Part shown: in pieces, positions 26,763 to 32,553 of the stretch | Layout of the letters: each line of letters begins with the position of its first letter | How positions within the stretch are numbered: the first letter of the stretch is position 1 | DNA from: a virus | Lineage: Duplodnaviria; Caudoviricetes | Length of the DNA stretch: 32,553 bases | Reading direction: 5' to 3' (one strand) | Virus record (IMG/VR): IMGVR_UViG_3300020044_006473 | Location: 1-32,553 of that record | Made by a program: the position numbers and the translations under genes | The notes under the pieces: generated by a model | The model's input: only the letters and a program-made list of their open reading frames with translations | Database searches by the model: none | What the model was told of the DNA's origin: nothing

Positions 26763-27577
26763 ACGATGTACTCGGACAGGACATCCTCGATGCCGCTGAC
26801 GATCCCGGTCACGAAGCCTTTTTCGGCGGCCTTTTTGCCAACAAAGGACTGACCTTCCATGTCCTCGTCCTTGACATACTTTCGGACGGATTTGACGGCA
26901 TTCTTGAACTGTTCGTGGGTCTCATTGACATCATCCTGGAGGTACTTGCGCTGTTCATCGGTAAGGCTGGTTCCTTCCATTCCGATGGCCTTGTACTTTC
27001 CAGACTTGATGACCTCCATCTTGACGCCATCCATCGCGTAGGCTTCGGAGACATCAGGGAAGGCCATGTATACCCCAACGGAGCCGACTTCGGCAGACTT
27101 GGTGATATTGAAGCGCTTCGCCTGGGAGCCTAGGTAGTAGGCGGCAGACTGGCAGGAGTGGTCACAATAGGACTCACAATACTTCGGCATCGCGCGGATC
27201 TTCTCGGCGAGGTCTTCAAGACCTTCGGTGCTTCCACCGGGAGAATCGAAGTCCAGGACGATCTTCTCAACGGAGTGGTTGGCGAGAGCCTCGTCGATAT
27301 TGGCCGAGATATCATCAACATCCACGGAGTTGCACATCTTCTCGATGTCCGAGAGGCCGCGTCCGATGACCCCCTTGACAGGGATGACGGCCGTCTTGCC
27401 TACGACCTCCATCTTCGGCTGTTCGCCGAACATCATCTTGAGGATTTCGGCCACATCAGATGCATTGGTGTCGAGGGTGACCTCAAGCGCCTGGAAGCGA
27501 TCGATGTGCGTCTTCGCGATGGAAGGGTGGATCATCAGAGGCCGCCCGGTCTTCATCGCTTTGATAAGGTGTCGCAT
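26759..27577 (-). CDS. S49-family prohead protease (SppA/lambda gpC-like)
   Basis: DSPGG, SAAYYLGSQ, VGSVGV, KSGKYK. Confidence 0.92.
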   Translation of the reverse strand: MRHLIKAMKTGRPLMIHPSIAKTHIDRFQALEVTLDTNASDVAEILKMMFGEQPKMEVVGKTAVIPVKGVIGRGLSDIEKMCNSVDVDDISANIDEALANHSVEKIVLDFDSPGGSTEGLEDLAEKIRAMPKYCESYCDHSCQSAAYYLGSQAKRFNITKSAEVGSVGVYMAFPDVSEAYAMDGVKMEVIKSGKYKAIGMEGTSLTDEQRKYLQDDVNETHEQFKNAVKSVRKYVKDEDMEGQSFVGKKAAEKGFVTGIVSGIEDVLSEYIV

Positions 27578-27605
27578 ATGGTATAAAAAATAAAAAGAAA
27601 ACTGG

Positions 27606-29213
27606 TTACCCCTGTGGGTCTTCCAGTTCGTCGGACTCGGCGTCGTCCTTCTCGGTCTGGGTCTCTGCGGACACCTCGGCGCTAGACTTCTCGTCTAGGT
27701 CTTCGTCCACATCAACTTCCTCGCCTTCGGCTTCCTTGGGTTCTTCCCCGGTGATGTCCTGAAGCGCCACATTGGTGGGCTTGATGATCATCCAGAGCGG
27801 CACATCGTATTCCTCGGCCATGTCCTTCATCAGTTTGGCCTCGATGGCGCGACGGCGAACCATCGTGGAGAAGTGTTCGCCTTCTTCCAGGCAGTTGTCA
27901 CCGATGGTCTTGAGGCCGAACTCGATGTCGGCGCGGTTCTGGGCGGCGTCGCGACCAGCGTCCACAGTCACGGACTTCGGAGTAGTCCAGAGAACCTTAT
28001 GCCAATGCTCGCAGGAGCGAGCGTTGGTGCAGTTGATGGCGTCACCGATCACATAGCCCCAGACAGGGGTGAGGAGTCGGTTCATCAGCACGGACTGGAA
28101 ATGGGCGAACTTGCGAGCGGCCTTGGCAACGATGAGGCGCATCGAAGCGCCACCAGCCTTGGCTGGATCGTGGACGAACTCGTAGGGAAGGATGCCAGCA
28201 AGGGAGTCTCGGATGAGATGCTCCATGAATCCGTTGAAGGTAGGATTCGGGCGGTTGGACATGAAGGACTCCAACTTCTCGCCTGGGGCGAGGGCGAGGA
28301 TCTTGCCACCGATGAAGGTGGAAGCCTCGTCTGGGTTGGTGACGCCGTCATTCCAGGACTGTGGCTTCATGCCGAAAGCCTCAAAGTCAGACTGGGCGCC
28401 ATCGAACTGGGCTGTCTCGCGAGTAAGGGTGCGAACGATATCGCTGTTCATCTTCACGGCGAACTTCTCCAGGCTGATGATTTCCAGCATATCAACGATG
28501 TTGTTGATCGAGTGCTGGAGGGGGCTGTAGGCGCGAGCGCCAGAAGCCACTTCGGGTTCGTAGATGTGCAGAACAGCGCCAGCCGGGACTCGGCGGCTAG
28601 AGCCGTCCGAGCGCAGGATGTTGTACCATTCTGGCTTGCCGTACTTGCCGAACTTGATGCCGTCGGTTTCGTCGGGAGGAGGGGCGCCGCTCTGGGCGCT
28701 TGAGACACGATGGGCTTCGATAATCTGGAGTTTAGGGCTTCCAGAAGCGTCCCTGGTCTTGATGATAAAGCATTCGCCGTCTCGGTAGACGAGGCGGGTT
28801 ACGATATGCTGAAGTTCGTAGAAGTTGAATCGCCCGGTGATGTCACAGGGATTGGTAGCCCACTCGTCGAAGTACTCTTCGTACTCTTTATCCAGGTGAG
28901 ATGATCCAGTACGAGCCGTGGCCTTGATGCCTCCACCGACGCTGTAAAGCGCCATATCAGACAGGACTTGACGGATAATACCAGAATTCAACTCCATCCA
29001 GCGCATCTTTCGAGTCGTCTCAAGACGATCGAAGACAGTCATCGTCTTCTTGAAATCAGTCGGCCACGAAGACCAGATCCAAGAGCGCTTGTTGGAGAAC
29101 TTTGCGGACTCGAAATTAGAGAAGATGCCTGGGCCGCCTGTGGCCTGTTTCTTCAGAGGGGTGGAACCACCAGTCTTACCGGGGTTCTTTCGGGTAGTCT
29201 TTTTGCGCGCCAT
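27606..29213 (-). CDS. Portal protein (lambda gpB family)
   Basis: YSVGGGI, RDGECF, GIKFGKYGKP, LAPGEKL, RPNPTFNGF; synteny. Confidence 0.9.
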   Translation of the reverse strand: MARKKTTRKNPGKTGGSTPLKKQATGGPGIFSNFESAKFSNKRSWIWSSWPTDFKKTMTVFDRLETTRKMRWMELNSGIIRQVLSDMALYSVGGGIKATARTGSSHLDKEYEEYFDEWATNPCDITGRFNFYELQHIVTRLVYRDGECFIIKTRDASGSPKLQIIEAHRVSSAQSGAPPPDETDGIKFGKYGKPEWYNILRSDGSSRRVPAGAVLHIYEPEVASGARAYSPLQHSINNIVDMLEIISLEKFAVKMNSDIVRTLTRETAQFDGAQSDFEAFGMKPQSWNDGVTNPDEASTFIGGKILALAPGEKLESFMSNRPNPTFNGFMEHLIRDSLAGILPYEFVHDPAKAGGASMRLIVAKAARKFAHFQSVLMNRLLTPVWGYVIGDAINCTNARSCEHWHKVLWTTPKSVTVDAGRDAAQNRADIEFGLKTIGDNCLEEGEHFSTMVRRRAIEAKLMKDMAEEYDVPLWMIIKPTNVALQDITGEEPKEAEGEEVDVDEDLDEKSSAEVSAETQTEKDDAESDELEDPQG

Positions 29214-29218
29214 AGGTG

Positions 29219-29509
29219 TCAGAGTCCTCGGAAGTTATTCAGAAGGTTACCGACTCGGCAACGATCAATAGATCCGTAGATTTCTGGGACTTTCAACTGA
29301 AGGGCATAGCGGCATTCCAGGAGGATGGTCGGGGGGTCAATCGGCCAGTCTTTGCGGATGTCTGTGCCAGAATCCCGGTATTCCATGATCGTTTTGCCCT
29401 CTTTGACGAGAGCAACTGCCTTTGCCTTGATCTCTTCGATATCAACCACATCCAGGGTCATAAAGATGCCCTTGGGGGAGGTAGACCCACGATAATGCAC
29501 GAATGCCAT
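29219..29509 (-). CDS. Head-tail adaptor (gpW-position) protein
   Basis: 96 aa between terL and portal. Confidence 0.65.
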   Translation of the reverse strand: MAFVHYRGSTSPKGIFMTLDVVDIEEIKAKAVALVKEGKTIMEYRDSGTDIRKDWPIDPPTILLECRYALQLKVPEIYGSIDRCRVGNLLNNFRGL

Positions 29510-29528
29510 AAGCGTTGCCTCTGGTCAA
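29509..29528 (-). promoter_or_regulatory. Late element copy 5 (TTGACCAGAGGCAACGCTTA|TG)
   Basis: Consensus match; the final A is the A of the ATG. Confidence 0.65.
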
Positions 29529-29608
29529 AAGGGATAGCCTGTCCGCTACCACAACAACGACACGCTTGAGAGCCACCCAGGCGAATTAAATAGCGGACAG
29601 GCTACTCC
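29527..29608 (-). ncRNA. Candidate ~80-nt structured antisense small RNA
   Basis: Perfect 14-bp stem (29535-29548 / 29591-29604), internal hairpin, 3' U-tract, upstream TTGACA at 29639-29634. Confidence 0.55.
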
Positions 29609-30801
29609 TTCACCTTTGTCCCCTCTTCGGGTTTGTCAACAGCCTTTTCGTCGGTGGCGTTCTTATTTTTACCACGGCCGACCAGTTTAGCCATCAAGGC
29701 GGGAAGGATGCCCATGACCTCACAGTCCCAGATATGATTGGGTCGGTCACCGATCTGCACCCAGATGGGGCGCCCAGTTTCCCCGGTGGTGCGGTGTTCG
29801 GACTGCATCATCTTGCGGTACTCGTCCCCTGCGTCCTGGGCGTAGGTGTGGTGTCCAGCCCTACGGAGGCGGGTGAGGGTGTCCTTCAGCACAAGGTTGG
29901 AGAACATGAACATACGGCACGACTGCTTGCCGACCTGGATGACCTTGGCTGGCGCGTAGGGTCGGTAGGCCATCTTCAGTCCGTAAGGGGTCTGCACCTT
30001 CCAGGGGAACTCGTTGTTACCAGACCCCTTGGTGGCGTTCCAGCCGTAGGAGGCGCAGTTACGATAGACTTCGTCCATATTTGGGCCGTCACCAGAGTCC
30101 ACGAAGACGAAGTTGGATGTCACCTTGTTCTTGACCTGTTGATCTCGGACTTGCTCCCAAGTGTCCAGGTAACCCCACCAGATGAGCCTGGACTTACCCT
30201 CTACGCTCCAGGCGCGGATGACCATGAAGAAGCCGCGTCTCTGCACATCGACAGACATGAACCGAAGCCGCAGGAAGTGCGGCGAGTTGTACATCTCCTC
30301 GGTGAACGGCGGCGGCGTCAGCCTGTTCTGGTAGTTAGACCCCTCGTCGAGCCATTCTTCCAGCATCATGTAGCCGCTAGGCAGGACTTCGCCGCCGCCG
30401 TCATCGGGATCGTCAGACCACGGCAGGGCGAGGCGCTTCTGCTTGAAGTCCCTGCGCTTGGTCTCGTCGCCGCCCTGGTCGAAGGCTTGAGCGCCCTCGA
30501 TAGCCTCGACGGCCAAGTCCCCCCATGATAGCCCCCACAACATGGACATGGCGTTAAAATGAAAACCTCGGCGGCCCTTGGGCGCGGAGGGGTTCAGCGG
30601 CACATACTCGGCGGTAGCGGCCATCTCTGCCCGGACGCTATTACGATCGATGTAAGAGTGCTTGCAATGCTTGCACTCGTAGGTCGTGCCAGCCTTGACG
30701 GCGTCCAAGTCCCAGCCGTTGGCGGTCTTGGCGGCTTCGGGGTACTTGATCTGCGCCCACTCGAAAGGCTGTCGCGTGTTGCACGACACACAGGTGAACG
30801 A
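29602..30801 (-). CDS. terL: Terminase large subunit, C-terminal part (gpA family: Zn-knuckle and nuclease)
   Basis: FTCVSC...YECKHC, GFHFNAM, SVDVQ, FVDSG, ATKG, NHIWDCEV; cut at the junction near 30800. Confidence 0.9.
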   Translation of the reverse strand, partial: SFTCVSCNTRQPFEWAQIKYPEAAKTANGWDLDAVKAGTTYECKHCKHSYIDRNSVRAEMAATAEYVPLNPSAPKGRRGFHFNAMSMLWGLSWGDLAVEAIEGAQAFDQGGDETKRRDFKQKRLALPWSDDPDDGGGEVLPSGYMMLEEWLDEGSNYQNRLTPPPFTEEMYNSPHFLRLRFMSVDVQRRGFFMVIRAWSVEGKSRLIWWGYLDTWEQVRDQQVKNKVTSNFVFVDSGDGPNMDEVYRNCASYGWNATKGSGNNEFPWKVQTPYGLKMAYRPYAPAKVIQVGKQSCRMFMFSNLVLKDTLTRLRRAGHHTYAQDAGDEYRKMMQSEHRTTGETGRPIWVQIGDRPNHIWDCEVMGILPALMAKLVGRGKNKNATDEKAVDKPEEGTKVKE

Positions 30802-31189
30802 CTACTTCGACGACACCCCAGCCGTCCCGCACCGCTACATCTACGGAGACTCGTTCGCGGACAGACTGGCCTTGTCCACCAAGGGACAGGAGGAACCAGA
30901 CACAGTCTTCGGCCCGCTGTCATCCATCATCGCCAAGGTGATCGCCGCCTTCGACTGCGAGTTTGAGCCGAAGGTGATGATGAACAACGACTGCGTCCGT
31001 ATCGCCCTGGGCTACCGCAACTACAAGTCGATGGCCGATGTCGCGAAGAAGTACGGCGTATCCAAGGCCACGATTTCCTGGAGAGTGAAGCAAGTCCAGA
31101 AGCGCCTAGGCATAGCGCCCAGCATCTACATGAGAACGGAAGATACTTGCAAGCGACTCAAACAGGTCGCAAACAACAGGAAGAAATGA
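30794..31189 (+). CDS. HTH (sigma region 4-like) protein, candidate late regulator
   Basis: KSMADVAKKYGVSKATISWRVKQVQKRLG; directly upstream of terS; GTG start lies at the junction and may be truncated. Confidence 0.7.
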   Translation: MNDYFDDTPAVPHRYIYGDSFADRLALSTKGQEEPDTVFGPLSSIIAKVIAAFDCEFEPKVMMNNDCVRIALGYRNYKSMADVAKKYGVSKATISWRVKQVQKRLGIAPSIYMRTEDTCKRLKQVANNRKK

Positions 31190-31839
31190 GCGTCAGACCA
31201 GTAGACATCGCCGAGCGCCTCGGCCTCGCGCGGCAGACCATCAACGGCTTCATCCGGGCAGGGATGCCCATCACCAGCATCGAGGACGCCGAGGCTTGGT
31301 ACCATGAGCGCTCCGCTCGCCGGGATCAGAACCTCACGCCTGACCAACAGTTGGATGACTCGGATAAGGACTTCGCCGCCATCGTCGAGAAGCACCGCCA
31401 ACTGAAGGCCGAAGCCTACGAGCAGTATCGCCGAGACCTACGCAACGAAGATCCGAACCAGTCCAAGTCATACGCCACCTATGACAAGTTGGTGAAGACG
31501 CTGGTGTCCCTGGAGCGTGAACTCCACGCCCGCAACATCGCCGCCAAGGAGTACATCAAGACCCAGACCGCCATCGAGCGCTTCGGCAAGGTCATCCTGT
31601 CCATCCGCAACGAACTCACCCAGTTGTCCACGAAGATCGCCGTCAAGGCCAACCCAGACTCCCCAGGCACGGCGATGAAGGCCATCGACACCGAGGTCAC
31701 CAACATCCTAAACCGACTGTCGGGTCAGTCCGAAGATGCCAAGGATGCCGTGCAGGAGATCGTGGTACTGGAGACTCCGAAGGAAGAGGTCGCAACAGAC
31801 AAACCAGATGAAATCCAACCCGACGGAGATTCTGTTTGA
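31186..31839 (+). CDS. terS: Terminase small subunit (Nu1-like)
   Basis: N-terminal wHTH DIAERLGLARQTINGFIRAGMP, coiled coil, overlaps the terL start. Confidence 0.8.
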   Translation: MSVRPVDIAERLGLARQTINGFIRAGMPITSIEDAEAWYHERSARRDQNLTPDQQLDDSDKDFAAIVEKHRQLKAEAYEQYRRDLRNEDPNQSKSYATYDKLVKTLVSLERELHARNIAAKEYIKTQTAIERFGKVILSIRNELTQLSTKIAVKANPDSPGTAMKAIDTEVTNILNRLSGQSEDAKDAVQEIVVLETPKEEVATDKPDEIQPDGDSV

Positions 31840-32395
31840 GAACACCCTACGGAGTCTGCTGGCGCCAGACCCGGACGGAGATATCATCGACTGGCTTGAG
31901 AAGAACATCAAGAATGTGCCTTACTCGCCACAGCCTGGGCCTTTCCGCATAGAGTCAACCCCATATCTTGCCCCTATCCTGCGGGCGCTCCAAGACCCAG
32001 AGGTCGAGACCATCGTGGTCATGGGCAATGTCCAGAGCGGCAAGTCGATGGTGCTGGAACTGTGGTCGGCCTTCGTGCCGTCCCGCACTCCCGGCCCGAT
32101 GCTCCTGCTCCAGGATGTGGACTTGAACGCGCAGGACTGGCAACAGACCCGCCTCCGTCCGCTCTGGGACAACACGCCATCCACCAAGGCTCGCATCTCC
32201 CAGATTGATCGTAGCAAGTGGCACACCACCCAGTTTGAGCGCAATGTGACTTGGGTGCTAGGCGCCAACAACGAGCGCAACCTCCAGCGCCGATCCATCC
32301 GCTTCCTGGGCGGTGACGAGTGCTGGCAATGGCCGAAGGGTCACCTCAAGCAAGCGCTTGCCCGACGCACGGCCTTCACTTGGCAGGGCAAGTCC
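31808..32395 (+). CDS. terL: Terminase large subunit, N-terminal ATPase part (not in the ORF track; frame stays open to the contig end)
   Basis: My translation: MKSNPTEILF...GPFRIESTPYL...VMGNVQSGKS (Walker A)...IRFLGGDE (Walker B)...ARRTAFTWQGKS. Confidence 0.9.
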
Positions 32396-32553
32396 TACAG
32401 CACAGACACCCGGCAGGAGAACCCTGCTTTGGCAGAGGCTTCCGATCTTGCTCGGGTCAATGCGGCGACATCTACAAATCAAACGGCAGGCGCAGGACGT
32501 GGACTGACTGCGGGAGCGGGGGGGGATGCGGCAACATCTCTCTCTAATGTGCC

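Noticed and set aside
600-32395. Alternative genetic code
   Set aside because: Genes are intact and densely packed under the standard code; TAA, TAG and TGA all serve as stops.
32396-32553. Natural C-terminal extension of the terL N-terminal fragment
   Set aside because: Abrupt loss of terminase character at the contig end; probably foreign chimeric sequence.

Overview
Near-complete genome of a tailed dsDNA phage (siphovirus-like, lambda gpA-type packaging). A + strand early/replication arm (~630-14330) carries small hypothetical genes, a lysozyme-like gene, a RuvC-like resolvase, RecT/RecE-like genes, an SSB-like gene, an SF2 helicase, a metallophosphoesterase, a multi-TRD C5 DNA methyltransferase with a nested +1-frame gene, and a primase-helicase. 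It converges on a - strand morphogenesis/lysis arm (14400-30800). The last ~1.75 kb (HTH regulator, terS, terL N-terminus) is inverted relative to the terL C-terminus, and both contig ends look chimeric, probably from amplification or assembly. I recognised no integrase, RNA polymerase, tRNA or CRISPR array. Starts lack Shine-Dalgarno sequences and have C/A-rich leaders; the host cannot be determined here. The best candidates for new biology are: (1) a ~80-nt structured small RNA at 29527-29608 whose loop is antisense to motifs at the start codons of several early genes; (2) five copies of a very compact TTGAC-N4-GGC-N-A-N4-YA element in front of late genes, possibly read by a sigma-region-4-like phage protein; (3) the dual-frame, modular methyltransferase locus. 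All assignments come from reading motifs by eye, with no database searches.
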